From assembly GCA_963674595.2 (NCBI GenBank), contig CAXXFV010000003.1, positions 256,001 through 320,000 on the forward strand: 64,000 bases of DNA, in the 5' to 3' direction. Positions 1-9,808 of the stretch are shown here, piece by piece. The DNA comes from a bacterium (GTDB lineage: Bacteria; Zhuqueibacterota; Zhuqueibacteria; Residuimicrobiales; Krinioviventaceae). The notes beneath the pieces were generated by a model, which worked only from the letters and a program-made list of their open reading frames with translations, was not told the origin of the DNA and did no database searches. Position 1 is the first letter of the stretch, and the number at the start of each line of letters is the position of its first letter. Both the position numbers and the translations under genes were made by a program.

Positions 1-690
1 CAGGAAATTCGTAAAGCTATTGAAAACAACTTCGAGTGGGAAGATGACGACCCTGCTGACCAGGTCGTTCAACATACACTCGCTTTGGAAGAATTTCACG
101 ATTTTGAGCATTTATATCTGGATATATTTGATGAATTGTTGAATAATCAACAAAATCCGCAAAACCGTTGGCTTTCAATCAATATTCCGATTTATGAATT
201 TTATACGGAAAAAAATCCTGAAAAACAACTGTTAAAAGCCTATTCGATCGCACAAATGTTTTCCAGTGAGTTTGACATGGCTTTTTTAAAAAACGGCAAA
301 CAACAGTTGCAAAAAATTATAGATGATTTTGCCAAAAGTGAAACCGACGCTCACTTTGGTCTGGAAGCAAAAAAATTATTTCAGGAAGAAAAATACCAGG
401 AAATATCAAACCTGGTGTTAGCAATGGTGTTGGAACATTTAAAAGAGTTTTCACATATTTTTGCTTTAAAAAAGGAAATTTTTCAGGCGTCAGATTTGCA
501 GGGACTCGTGCGAATTCTACCGTTACAAATAGCACGTTCATTAATGTTTTTATACGCATCCAGCGCGCCGGAAGACCAATTAAAGCAATTTATCCAACAG
601 GATATAAACATAGAATATATAGCTGGTCTAACAGCAGCCGGTTTTATAACATTTTACAATCAAATTGACAAATATAAAAAAATAACATAA
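1..690 (+). CDS. Hypothetical protein, 5'-truncated by the window edge
   Basis: Frame 1 is open from base 1 (QEIRKAIENNFEWEDDD...) into ORF 85..690; helical, no recognisable motif. Confidence 0.7.
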   Translation, partial: QEIRKAIENNFEWEDDDPADQVVQHTLALEEFHDFEHLYLDIFDELLNNQQNPQNRWLSINIPIYEFYTEKNPEKQLLKAYSIAQMFSSEFDMAFLKNGKQQLQKIIDDFAKSETDAHFGLEAKKLFQEEKYQEISNLVLAMVLEHLKEFSHIFALKKEIFQASDLQGLVRILPLQIARSLMFLYASSAPEDQLKQFIQQDINIEYIAGLTAAGFITFYNQIDKYKKIT

Positions 691-755
691 AACGTTTCAT
701 AATTGGGAAAGAGAATAAATTTTAAATTTTTCCCAAACTAAAGGAGGGCCCATCT

Positions 756-2306
756 ATGTTAGCTGAATTTTACAATGAACCTTACAGTAACTTTGCAGAT
801 ATTCAAATCAAAACAGCGCAGGAAAAGGCATTAGAAAGCGTCAGGGCAAAATTTAATAATGAATACAAACTTTTCATTGATGGCAAACATGTAAAAAGCG
901 ATCGTCTGCACAAAAGTTATAATCCGGCAAACAGCGATCAGGTTGTCGGTACGTTCCATAAAGCCGGTAAACATGAAGTTGACCTGGCAATGGACGCTGC
1001 GTTAAGGGCCTTTGAAAAATGGCGCTGGGTGGCCCCCAAAGAACGAGCCATTGTGCTTTTAAAAGCTGCTCAAATTATGCGCAAAAGAAAATATGAAATT
1101 AATGCCTGGATGATTTATGAAACGGGTAAAAGCTGGATTGAAGCCGAGGCTGACACGTCCGAAGCGATTGATTTCCTCGATTTTTATGCACGTGAAATGA
1201 TTAGATGGAGTGAAATTAAAGGCGTCACACCATTTCCCAATGAATATCCGGAACTTTCTTATATCCCGCTGGGTGTCGGCGCTGTTATTCCGCCCTGGAA
1301 TTTTCCCATGGCGATTTTGACAGGGATGACAGCAGCAGCAATTGTCACCGGCAACACTGTTTTGCTAAAACCAGCCAGTGATTCACCAACAATCGGTTAC
1401 CAACTTGTAGAAATTATGCAGGAAGCAGGGCTGCCGGAGGGAGTATTAAATTATATACCCGGAAGCGGCAGTGAAATCGGAGATTATCTCGTTCAACACC
1501 CAAAAACTCGATTTATTTCCTTTACCGGCTCAAAAGAAGTCGGATTACGGATTATTGAACTGGCAGCACGCCCCTCCCCTGGTCAAATTTGGGTTAAACG
1601 TGTTATTGCTGAAATGGGCGGTAAAGACACAATTATCGTAGACAGCGATGCAAATCTGGATGATGCGGCAACAAACATTGTGGCTTCTGCCTATGGATTT
1701 CAGGGCCAAAAATGCTCGGCATGTTCGCGTGCTATTATTTTGGAAGATGTGTATGAAGAGATTACCGAACTGATTGTAGAAAAAACAAAAAAACTCACAG
1801 TAGGGGCAACTGAAAATCCCAATAATTATATGGGACCGGTTATAAATAAGAGCTCTGAAGAAAAAATCCTTTCATATATCGACATCGGAAAAAAAGAAGG
1901 AAAGCTTGCTGTGGGTGGAGAAAAAATATCGGATGAGGGTTATTTTATTACACCGACTGTTTTTAAAGATATTCAACCCGGAGCAAGGCTGGATCAGGAA
2001 GAAATTTTTGGACCGGTGCTGGCGCTGATTAAAGCCAAAACTTTTGACGAAGCTATCAATATTGCCAATAGTACGGAATACGGACTCACCGGGGCCGTAT
2101 ACTCTAAAAACCGTTTTAAAATTGAAATGGCTAAAAAGAAATTTCATGTTGGTAATTTATATATTAACCGAAAATGTACGGGAGCAATGGTAGGGGCACA
2201 TCCGTTCGGCGGATTTAATATGAGTGGTACAGATTCCAAAGCAGGAGGACAGGACTATCTCGGATTATTTATGCAGGCAAAATCTATTTCAGAAAAACTT
2301 TTATAA
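756..2306 (+). CDS. pruA: L-glutamate gamma-semialdehyde (P5C) dehydrogenase, RocA/PruA type
   Basis: Aldehyde dehydrogenase motifs [49 protein letters not shown]; RBS AGGAGG. Confidence 0.93.
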   Translation: MLAEFYNEPYSNFADIQIKTAQEKALESVRAKFNNEYKLFIDGKHVKSDRLHKSYNPANSDQVVGTFHKAGKHEVDLAMDAALRAFEKWRWVAPKERAIVLLKAAQIMRKRKYEINAWMIYETGKSWIEAEADTSEAIDFLDFYAREMIRWSEIKGVTPFPNEYPELSYIPLGVGAVIPPWNFPMAILTGMTAAAIVTGNTVLLKPASDSPTIGYQLVEIMQEAGLPEGVLNYIPGSGSEIGDYLVQHPKTRFISFTGSKEVGLRIIELAARPSPGQIWVKRVIAEMGGKDTIIVDSDANLDDAATNIVASAYGFQGQKCSACSRAIILEDVYEEITELIVEKTKKLTVGATENPNNYMGPVINKSSEEKILSYIDIGKKEGKLAVGGEKISDEGYFITPTVFKDIQPGARLDQEEIFGPVLALIKAKTFDEAINIANSTEYGLTGAVYSKNRFKIEMAKKKFHVGNLYINRKCTGAMVGAHPFGGFNMSGTDSKAGGQDYLGLFMQAKSISEKLL

Positions 2307-2310
2307 CATA

Positions 2311-2341
2311 AAAAAAGCGGCGCTAACAAATGCGCCGCTTT
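2311..2341. terminator. Bidirectional intrinsic terminator
   Basis: AAAGCGGCGC-8nt-GCGCCGCTTT between convergent genes. Confidence 0.8.
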
Positions 2342-2347
2342 AATATA

Positions 2348-2866
2348 TTAAAACCAGTATCTATGTAATGGAGGGCACCCACCTGGGCCACAACCATCTT
2401 TACCTTGCGGATCAAAACATCTTTTTCCCATCTTTCCGGGTCCGCGAAATCCCATATCAAATTTGTGTTCATCCCAAATCTTTTTTTGATCATCCGAAAG
2501 GATGCTTCGCATTTTAAAACGATGGGCAACATTTTTCTTTTCAAGTTCAGCTTTTACTTTACTCTTTTCATCTATGATATTTGAAATTTTATTCATATCC
2601 GGATTTTCATCCAGACAAACTTCTTCCATATCAAGTCTAAGAATTTCCAGTTTATTCTTTAACGGTAAAATCTCTTTCTGATGGGCAATTCTCAGTTCAG
2701 CAAAAGCTTCCTTTTGATCTTCTGTTAATTGTAATTTTTCTTGCAGCATCTCTCTTTTTCCCGGGAAATCTGCTTTACCTCTGTCTCTTGGAGGCATCTG
2801 AGCAAATAACGAACCCGTAAAAATGAGCGCCAGCACTAAACAACTAAAAAATGTTTTATTTTTCAT
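2348..2866 (-). CDS. Spy/CpxP family periplasmic chaperone-like protein
   Basis: Signal peptide; LTEDQK and LSDDQK (LTxxQ-like) motifs; Gly/Pro/Cys-rich tail. Confidence 0.8.
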   Translation of the reverse strand: MKNKTFFSCLVLALIFTGSLFAQMPPRDRGKADFPGKREMLQEKLQLTEDQKEAFAELRIAHQKEILPLKNKLEILRLDMEEVCLDENPDMNKISNIIDEKSKVKAELEKKNVAHRFKMRSILSDDQKKIWDEHKFDMGFRGPGKMGKRCFDPQGKDGCGPGGCPPLHRYWF

Positions 2867-2868
2867 AT

Positions 2869-3381
2869 CTATTCTCCTTGTTCTCTTTTGTTCATTGATT
2901 TTTTATGCCCGAAATCTCGAGGACCTTTTTTAAACGCTCTTTCTCGAAATAAAAAGTTTTCAATAACAGGTTTCCAAAAATCATCAGGCATTTTCTCTTT
3001 TAAACCTAAAAAATGAGTTACAGTTAAAAATTCAATTTTAGCTTTTATATGTTCAATTGCTTCAACAGATACTTTAATCGAATCCATGTCAGGTTCATCT
3101 CCCAACAGTTCCTGAAACAATTTTTCTCTTTCAACATTAATCTGGGCAAACAACGGTTCAATTTTACTAAAATGTTCTTTTCTGGCATCGCGCAAAAAGT
3201 TACTTTCCTCAGGAGGAAATTTCATCTCTGCACCCTGTGGGCCACCTGGGCCTTCATGCATTGGGAAAGGCGGCTCCGGTGGCGGCATTTTTTTCATTTT
3301 CCACAGGTAAAACAATGTGCCCAAAACTGAAATATTTATAGCTAAAGAAAACAATAAAACAGCTAATGTCCACTTTTTCAT
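2869..3381 (-). CDS. Periplasmic heavy-metal sensor / ZraP-CpxP-like protein with N-terminal membrane anchor
   Basis: SLAIN...G transmembrane segment, Pro-rich linker, helical body; typical third gene of ECF/anti-sigma operons. Confidence 0.65.
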   Translation of the reverse strand: MKKWTLAVLLFSLAINISVLGTLFYLWKMKKMPPPEPPFPMHEGPGGPQGAEMKFPPEESNFLRDARKEHFSKIEPLFAQINVEREKLFQELLGDEPDMDSIKVSVEAIEHIKAKIEFLTVTHFLGLKEKMPDDFWKPVIENFLFRERAFKKGPRDFGHKKSMNKREQGE

Positions 3382-3393
3382 AACGTCCTCAAA

Positions 3394-3852
3394 TTACTTT
3401 TCACTAACTTCAAATACCAATTCAGAATATTGCTGAACCAGCGATGTTTCTGAAATTTTTGTAATAACCGAATTATAGTCTGCCAGACTTTTATAATTTG
3501 TTGAATCATTATCAAACCGGGTGTATAATTGTGAGCCTAATAAAAATCCTACAAATAATCCTGCTGCCACGGTTGCCGGGAGTAAAACCTTTTCACTAAA
3601 ATGAAAAACCTTTTCCCACCAGTGTTCAGAAACAGGCTTTCTTAACTCGGCCCGGACACGCGTCAGCAAGAATGGCGCTTTTTCAGCTCCAGGGATAGAA
3701 CCCAAGAGGGAATCCACCCTTTTCAATTGTTCAAGTTCAGTTCGGCACTTTTCACAACTTGCCAGGTGCTTTTCAACAAGTTCCAATACACTTCCTTGAA
3801 CTTCTCCATCCAGGTAAGCAGAGAATTTTTTACTTATTTTTGTACACTTCAT
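3394..3852 (-). CDS. zf-HC2 (ZAS) anti-sigma factor
   Basis: MKC...LSAYLDGE-like start, HLASCEKC (HxxxCxxC), single TM helix. Confidence 0.88.
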   Translation of the reverse strand: MKCTKISKKFSAYLDGEVQGSVLELVEKHLASCEKCRTELEQLKRVDSLLGSIPGAEKAPFLLTRVRAELRKPVSEHWWEKVFHFSEKVLLPATVAAGLFVGFLLGSQLYTRFDNDSTNYKSLADYNSVITKISETSLVQQYSELVFEVSEK

Positions 3853-3878
3853 AATAAACTCTTTAGTTATACAATTAA

Positions 3879-4448
3879 TTAGTTTATATAATTCGATAAA
3901 TTTTTCGCCAACGCCAATTTTGCCCTATGCAACCGCGATTCAACAGAAGAAACAGTGGTATTCATAACATCAGCAATTTCCTTATAAGACAGTCCTTCAA
4001 ACCGGTGCAAAATAACGGCTGTTCGCTGATTTTTAGGAAGTTGATTGACAGCATAAATTACCATTTCTTTTAATTCTTTTTTTTCCATATCCTGCATCGG
4101 ATTGTTAGTGTCTTCAATTTTTTCTAACAGGCTATTTTCATTTTGATCGTTTTTTGAAAAAATACTGGTTAGTTTTTTTCTTTTCCTGGCACGCAAAACA
4201 TTATAACAATGATTTATACAAATTCGATACAACCAGGTTGTAAATTGTGCATCCGGTTTAAACTTGGGCAACGCACGATATACTTTAATAAATATCTCCT
4301 GGGCGGCATCTTGAGAATCCGTATCATCTTGTAAAAGGCGATAACAAGTATTTAAAACAATCATTTGATACTTTTTAAAAAGAGTATCAAATGCCTGCTC
4401 ATCTCCGGCTTTGAATTTTTCTATTAATTGTTGATCCTGCATTTCCAT
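3879..4448 (-). CDS. ECF RNA polymerase sigma factor (SigW/RpoE-like)
   Basis: DAAQEIFIKVY, FTTWLYRI, LSYKEIADVM...VESRLHRAK. Confidence 0.93.
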   Translation of the reverse strand: MEMQDQQLIEKFKAGDEQAFDTLFKKYQMIVLNTCYRLLQDDTDSQDAAQEIFIKVYRALPKFKPDAQFTTWLYRICINHCYNVLRARKRKKLTSIFSKNDQNENSLLEKIEDTNNPMQDMEKKELKEMVIYAVNQLPKNQRTAVILHRFEGLSYKEIADVMNTTVSSVESRLHRAKLALAKNLSNYIN

Positions 4449-4500
4449 TCCGTTTTATAAATTAAACACCACAATGAATAAAAACTTGCATCAACATAAA

Positions 4501-4537
4501 AAAAAACTCCTAAAGAAACCATATTCTTTAGGAGTTT
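4501..4537 (-). terminator. Intrinsic terminator after the GWxTD gene
   Basis: AAACTCCTAAAGAA-6nt-TTCTTTAGGAGTTT with a U-tract on the minus strand. Confidence 0.75.
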
Positions 4538-4568
4538 AATGATTTTTTGAAAAAAATAAAATAAAAAT

Positions 4569-5981
4569 TTAACGAAGTGCGGGTTTTATCCAGCGTTCCC
4601 AATCAGAATCATGCATTTCTTTCCTGGCAGTTGAATGGACCAATTCAAATTCGCCCATATTATTTTTATCAACAAAATAAAATTTAACACCACCTTGAAC
4701 ATCGTTATAAACCCAAATTTCATAACCACGGACTTCAAGCGTTGAAGGAAACCGTTGTACCTCACTCGGAGTACCATAAACCATTAAAACACGACCTTTA
4801 TCAGATTTCCATCCGCCTCTTAGAGTTCCTTTAAAATTAGCGTCAGCATACTTTGCCCCGCCTAAATAGTTTAAACGATATTCATTTTGCGGAGTTTCCG
4901 GACTTTTGTCCCGTTCTTTCCAGAAATCATATAAAAACTGTGGTTTTTCTTTAAAAGCTAATTTTTCATACTCTGATCTTTCTGATCTTTTGGAAATGTA
5001 TTTTGTATACTCAAATTCCGCGTCCAATTGTTCTTCGGATAATGTATTATAATAACTTAACAGTTTATCTTCCTGTTCTTTGCTGGATTGTTCTGCTATT
5101 TTTTCTTTAGTAAAATCACCGGCACGATAGACAAAAAATCTTGAATTTGCCATAACAACATCCTTACTGTCCCAATCTTCAACACGAACAACCATTTGAT
5201 AGGTCCCGGAATGTAATGTCACAACATTAATTCCTTTAACAGCAACTGCCGACAACCCAGGTTTTTGTCTTTCAACTGCCGAAACATCCTTTACAACGTT
5301 ACCCTTTTCATCTAATATTTGGTAACTAATACGATAAGTACCTGTGCCATTATTTTCAACCGGAGACAAATTATATATTTCCAAATAACTGTAAGCAATA
5401 GGAGCATGTAATCCGAAAATTCGGTCAGCACTCGGAAAAACTTTATACCCATTTTTTACATAAACACTTGGAGAATTATCAGGTTGTATAGAGCAAGCCA
5501 ATTGCAAATCACTGATTTGAAGGTTTGTTTTTGAAAACTCTCGAATATTGATCTTTGTAGAATCTTCAAAACCAATCTCGGAATTTAAATCGCGAATAGT
5601 AAATAAAATTTTATACTCACCAGGTATCAGACTAAACGTACTTAGGTTAAATAGCTGTTTGCCTTCAGATATCTGAGACAAACTATCAACATCGGTTTTA
5701 TTCTGTACTATTTTAAAATCAATAACAGAATCTTGCTTTACAATAGTTGTTACGGTTTCATATCCGGCTTCATAGGCACCTTCTTTTTCAACAAAGGTGA
5801 GCGACTTTTGGTTAACAGTTGAATAAACTTCAAGATAAGTTTTATTCTCAGCATAAAAAAATTGTGCTAAATGAACAGAATATTCCAAAGCAGGGGGCTC
5901 TGCCTGCTGAGCGTATACGGCAAAGCATGTTAAAAACGGCAAGCCAAAAATAAAATACAACATTCGTTTCAATGATCTCAT
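4569..5981 (-). CDS. GWxTD domain-containing exported protein
   Basis: Signal peptide; FWKERD..PETPQNE, GWKSDKGRVLMVYGTP, EIWVY, FYFVD motifs. Confidence 0.88.
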   Translation of the reverse strand: MRSLKRMLYFIFGLPFLTCFAVYAQQAEPPALEYSVHLAQFFYAENKTYLEVYSTVNQKSLTFVEKEGAYEAGYETVTTIVKQDSVIDFKIVQNKTDVDSLSQISEGKQLFNLSTFSLIPGEYKILFTIRDLNSEIGFEDSTKINIREFSKTNLQISDLQLACSIQPDNSPSVYVKNGYKVFPSADRIFGLHAPIAYSYLEIYNLSPVENNGTGTYRISYQILDEKGNVVKDVSAVERQKPGLSAVAVKGINVVTLHSGTYQMVVRVEDWDSKDVVMANSRFFVYRAGDFTKEKIAEQSSKEQEDKLLSYYNTLSEEQLDAEFEYTKYISKRSERSEYEKLAFKEKPQFLYDFWKERDKSPETPQNEYRLNYLGGAKYADANFKGTLRGGWKSDKGRVLMVYGTPSEVQRFPSTLEVRGYEIWVYNDVQGGVKFYFVDKNNMGEFELVHSTARKEMHDSDWERWIKPALR

Positions 5982-6036
5982 AATATTCCCTTTCTTAAAA
6001 GTAAATCGATCCTGATAATTTTAAAAACTCTATTAA

Positions 6037-7047
6037 TTACATTTTTGAATTCGCAAACAAACCAGACTTTCCAAGATCACTTTGATTTATGAAATTATAG
6101 TACTTTTTGTAGCTTGAAAGAGCCCTTTCTGCTTCAGATGAGTTTGGGAAACGTTCGTAAAAATCTAAAAATACTAAAAAATAAAGCGGAATTGTGTTCC
6201 AATTAATTTTCCATTTGTTATAAAGAGCAGGTTTAATAATGTCATTTAAATAGTCATTATCATAAAGGTTATCTTTTTTTTCAATTAATTTTACATGTTT
6301 CAAGTGACATAAATAAATATTATGGCTTATTTGATCGTGTACAAGTGAATTATTAGTAGCTTTTAATAGTGTATAAAATCTTTTTATTTCGTTAACATAA
6401 TTATTTTGTATTGAATCTGTTGAAAACGTTTTATAAGTAATGGTTGAAACAATCCAGACTCCTACAGGTTTGTTCAACTCCTGCGCAGGTTTGTAACGAT
6501 AAGTTTGACAGTATTCAAGTGCAGCGCTATCAAGTAATGTGAAACCAGATGATTGCTGAATATTTGGCTGGCTAACGTATCCATCTTTATCCACAAAAAA
6601 CTTTAAAATTACACTTCCCTCTTCACCTTTTTCTTTTGCAGAGTTTGGATAATTTAAAACCGGCCTGTCAATTAATTCAGGAGAACGTATTTCATGTTCT
6701 ATTCTTTCCGAGCTGTTAATTTGTTTCCTTGTAGAATGTCCCTTATATAGCACTAATGTGCAATTATCTAGTATTTTATATTCTATATTTGATCTAGTTT
6801 TCAGTTGATCAAATACGTTATAGAGCTTAATGGGGCCGTTACTAAAAGTAAATGATACATTATCCACAATTTCATCAAAATAAATAAAATTTATATCAGT
6901 TTGGTTCGAAATTTGTTTTAAAACACTTTTTAATGAACTATTGTTAATAATCGAAATCGTCTCATTTGTCAATTTGGATGCGGTCATGCCAAACCGGCTT
7001 GAAACAAACAAACTCAAAAATAAAAATGTGTATATATATTTTTTCAT
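6037..7047 (-). CDS. STN-domain + TonB C-terminal-domain protein (barrel-less, VreA-like)
   Basis: Signal peptide; STN-like SLKSVLKQISNQTDINFIY; TonB_C YPNSAKEKGEEGSVILKFFVDKDG...SSGFTLLDSAAL; helical C-terminus; ATGA overlap with fecR. Confidence 0.8.
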   Translation of the reverse strand: MKKYIYTFLFLSLFVSSRFGMTASKLTNETISIINNSSLKSVLKQISNQTDINFIYFDEIVDNVSFTFSNGPIKLYNVFDQLKTRSNIEYKILDNCTLVLYKGHSTRKQINSSERIEHEIRSPELIDRPVLNYPNSAKEKGEEGSVILKFFVDKDGYVSQPNIQQSSGFTLLDSAALEYCQTYRYKPAQELNKPVGVWIVSTITYKTFSTDSIQNNYVNEIKRFYTLLKATNNSLVHDQISHNIYLCHLKHVKLIEKKDNLYDNDYLNDIIKPALYNKWKINWNTIPLYFLVFLDFYERFPNSSEAERALSSYKKYYNFINQSDLGKSGLFANSKM

Positions 7048-8051
7048 TTATTTTTTCTTAAAAGATATTGGGTATCATTTTTATCAAACGAATAACCATC
7101 ATTGGTTGCCAGGCAAATGGATTGCAAAACTTTTTCCACTGTTGCCTCTTTAAAAAGAGCTGTTATTGTTGTTTTGAGCAAGCCCTCATCATCAACATCA
7201 ATATTTACATTAAATCTTCTTTCCAGTTCAGAAACAACCTCAGCCACAGGTGTTTTTTCAAAAACCAACACTCCGTTTTGCCATTGTAACAAATATTCAG
7301 CATCAATATTTTCTGCAGGGCTCGATGTTCCTTTTGCGTCTATCTGGGCCATTTGATCAGTATAAAGGTCAAGACCTTTGGCATAAGAGCTGTCGGATAA
7401 GAGCTGGACATGTCCTTCCTTGACAATAACACGCGTTTTATTGTCCCGACACCACACATTAAAGGTCGTCCCTTTAACCAGTGTTTGTGCATTATCTGTA
7501 ATTACAGCAAAAGGGCGTCTGTCTTTTGTAACATGGAATAACGCTTCACCCTGTAAATGGACTTGCCTCTTATCACTTGAAAATTTATTCTTAAAAGTTA
7601 TAGAACTTGCCGAATTTAAAACAACTGTGCTATTGTCTGAAAATGTGTATTCGGTTATTTGTCCGTTTGCTGTTGTTAGAAAAATAGTTTGATTTTTTAC
7701 AAATCCCTCCCACAAAAACAAACTTGTGCAGAAAATTAACAAAACCGCCATAGCATAACCGATAACCACTCTTTTTTCAAAATGTAATCTGATAACATCC
7801 ATCAGGGACAAATGCACTTTTGTTTCCGGTTTTATGTTAAATCGTTTTTCAAAATTGTCCCAGGATCGCTGCACATTAATATCAATTGCGAGTTCGGGCT
7901 GTTTTTGCGAATTCCATGTTTCCGTGATTTGGTTATAAAATTGGTTATTACTTTTATTTTGTAATTCATTCTCAAATTGCTTTTGTTCTTTATCTGAAAG
8001 ATGGTCTGTAATTTTTTTAACACACAATTTTTCAAAACGGGCTTTATTCAT
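7044..8051 (-). CDS. fecR: FecR family anti-sigma / transmembrane sensor
   Basis: TM helix, DNSTVVLNSAS, RQVHLQGEALFHV, VKGTTFNV, WQNGVLVFEKTP. Confidence 0.92.
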   Translation of the reverse strand: MNKARFEKLCVKKITDHLSDKEQKQFENELQNKSNNQFYNQITETWNSQKQPELAIDINVQRSWDNFEKRFNIKPETKVHLSLMDVIRLHFEKRVVIGYAMAVLLIFCTSLFLWEGFVKNQTIFLTTANGQITEYTFSDNSTVVLNSASSITFKNKFSSDKRQVHLQGEALFHVTKDRRPFAVITDNAQTLVKGTTFNVWCRDNKTRVIVKEGHVQLLSDSSYAKGLDLYTDQMAQIDAKGTSSPAENIDAEYLLQWQNGVLVFEKTPVAEVVSELERRFNVNIDVDDEGLLKTTITALFKEATVEKVLQSICLATNDGYSFDKNDTQYLLRKNK

Positions 8052-8104
8052 TATAAATCCTGATTAATGGTTCATATACATAGACGTATAAACTTTTAAA
8101 ACAC

Positions 8105-8650
8105 CTACATTTTATTTTTATCTTTACATAAAAATTGCAGTTTTTTTATGGCTGTATATAAGCGTTTTTCAACTGTTTTGGGAGAAACTTGCAAAACATT
8201 GGCAATTTCTTTGATTTTAAGTCCCTGATAACGGCTCAGTAAAAAAGGAGTTTTTAATTTTTCAGGTAACTGATTAACAGCATTTTCCACATCAATCATA
8301 GTGGTTAGAGCATTACTGTTTTCAAAAACAGGTTCATAGTCAGTATTTTTAGTAAAAGTCATTTTGTATCTGGATTTTTTTCGATATCGGTCAATAACGA
8401 GTCGATTTGCGATTTGAAAAAGGTAGGCTTTGAATGAAGTATTTATTATAATTTTGGAATGATTTTGCCACAATTTAAAAAAAACATCCTGTACAATGTC
8501 TTCTAATTCATCAGGCTCATTATAATGATAGGCGGTAAACTGTATTAACTTTTTAAAATATCTAAAATATAGTGCCTTAAATGCAGAATAATTCCCCTTC
8601 TGAAGCTCAAGGGCAAGTTGTTCATCGCTGCTATCTTTAAAATCTTCCAT
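8105..8650 (-). CDS. ECF sigma-70 factor (FecI / Bacteroides-expansion type)
   Basis: EDIVQDVFFKLW, SFKAYLF, EIANVLQVSPKTVEKR; ATG at 8650 with AAGGGA RBS preferred over the 8701 start. Confidence 0.9.
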   Translation of the reverse strand: MEDFKDSSDEQLALELQKGNYSAFKALYFRYFKKLIQFTAYHYNEPDELEDIVQDVFFKLWQNHSKIIINTSFKAYLFQIANRLVIDRYRKKSRYKMTFTKNTDYEPVFENSNALTTMIDVENAVNQLPEKLKTPFLLSRYQGLKIKEIANVLQVSPKTVEKRLYTAIKKLQFLCKDKNKM

Positions 8651-8716
8651 ATTTTCCCTTTTAATGAAAAATAAGGTATCAAATTTTAAAAAGATAGTCA
8701 AATAATTTTTGGCAAA

Positions 8717-9304
8717 TTATTTTAATGCTTCAACCCAGTAGAGATTGGGTTTTTCAATAATCTGAAGAGGTGTAAACATTGATGAATATTGTTTCATGAA
8801 CAAATCTGCCTGCTGCATCATGTCATGACAAACCACGCCGTTTAAACCGGAATGAAGTTTATTTAATTTCCGGCTGCAACTGGTATGTAAAATAAGTACT
8901 TTGCCGCCCGGTTTCAGAATGGAATAAATTTGTTCCATTACCTTTTGTGGATTTAAAATATGTGGGAAAACAGAATAACAAATCACTTTGTCAAAATAAT
9001 TTTTTGTAAACGACAAAGCGCTCATATCTGCGCACACAAAATCCACATTAGGGCTTTTATACCGCTTTTTGCCGATAAAAAGCATTTTTTCAGCAAAATC
9101 TGAAGAGACCACTCTTCCCGACTGACCGACCATAGGAATTAAGTAACGCACCAGTTTACCAGTCCCTGATCCCAGGTCCAACACCCGGTCACCGGGTTTC
9201 ACACCAAAATCTGCAAGCAAATCAGGTAGACATTTTTTATCCTCTGCTATATTGTCCCATTTTTCTGAAATACTGTTAAAATAGTCACGATGTTCAAGAG
9301 ACAT
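8717..9304 (-). CDS. Class I SAM-dependent methyltransferase
   Basis: VLDLGSGTG motif I, FDKVICYSVFPH, LKPGG. Confidence 0.9.
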   Translation of the reverse strand: MSLEHRDYFNSISEKWDNIAEDKKCLPDLLADFGVKPGDRVLDLGSGTGKLVRYLIPMVGQSGRVVSSDFAEKMLFIGKKRYKSPNVDFVCADMSALSFTKNYFDKVICYSVFPHILNPQKVMEQIYSILKPGGKVLILHTSCSRKLNKLHSGLNGVVCHDMMQQADLFMKQYSSMFTPLQIIEKPNLYWVEALK

Positions 9305-9306
9305 TT

Positions 9307-9795
9307 TTATATCCTTTTTTTAATAAATGGAATGATTATCAGCATGACAAGAATGCCGGGGATTCCTTTAACAACGGATGCAATGGAAAAAAGTTTTGGT
9401 GGTAAACCTAATAACGGAGCCAGTAGAAAAACACCTACTAATAGAGTAAACCGTGAAAACAACAAACCCATAAAAAGAGCCCAGAAAACAGACCAGTTTT
9501 TTTTGTTATAAAAAAAAGATGAAATGCCGGCCAAAACAGTCAGTTCTGCCATCATAATCTGTAATATCGGTGGTGAAATCGGCGGCATGCCGGAAATAAC
9601 AAACGACAAAAGGGGCGTTATCGCCCCTACAAAAATAGCATAGGAAATTGGTAAAAAGAAAGCAGCCGCCGCAACAGGCCAAAACATGGGTAAAAAAACA
9701 CTCCCCATTCCGATGGAATGAAATAAAATCGGAATGACCAATCCAAGAGAGATAAACATAGCGCTTAACGTAAGTTTTTTGGCTGACAACTGCAT
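9307..9795 (-). CDS. ECF transporter S component (substrate unknown)
   Basis: 162 aa, hydrophobic; AMFISLG, FLPMFWPV, TPLLSFVISGMPP, GIPG motifs. Confidence 0.8.
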   Translation of the reverse strand: MQLSAKKLTLSAMFISLGLVIPILFHSIGMGSVFLPMFWPVAAAAFFLPISYAIFVGAITPLLSFVISGMPPISPPILQIMMAELTVLAGISSFFYNKKNWSVFWALFMGLLFSRFTLLVGVFLLAPLLGLPPKLFSIASVVKGIPGILVMLIIIPFIKKRI

Positions 9796-9808
9796 CTAGT
9801 TTTTCCTG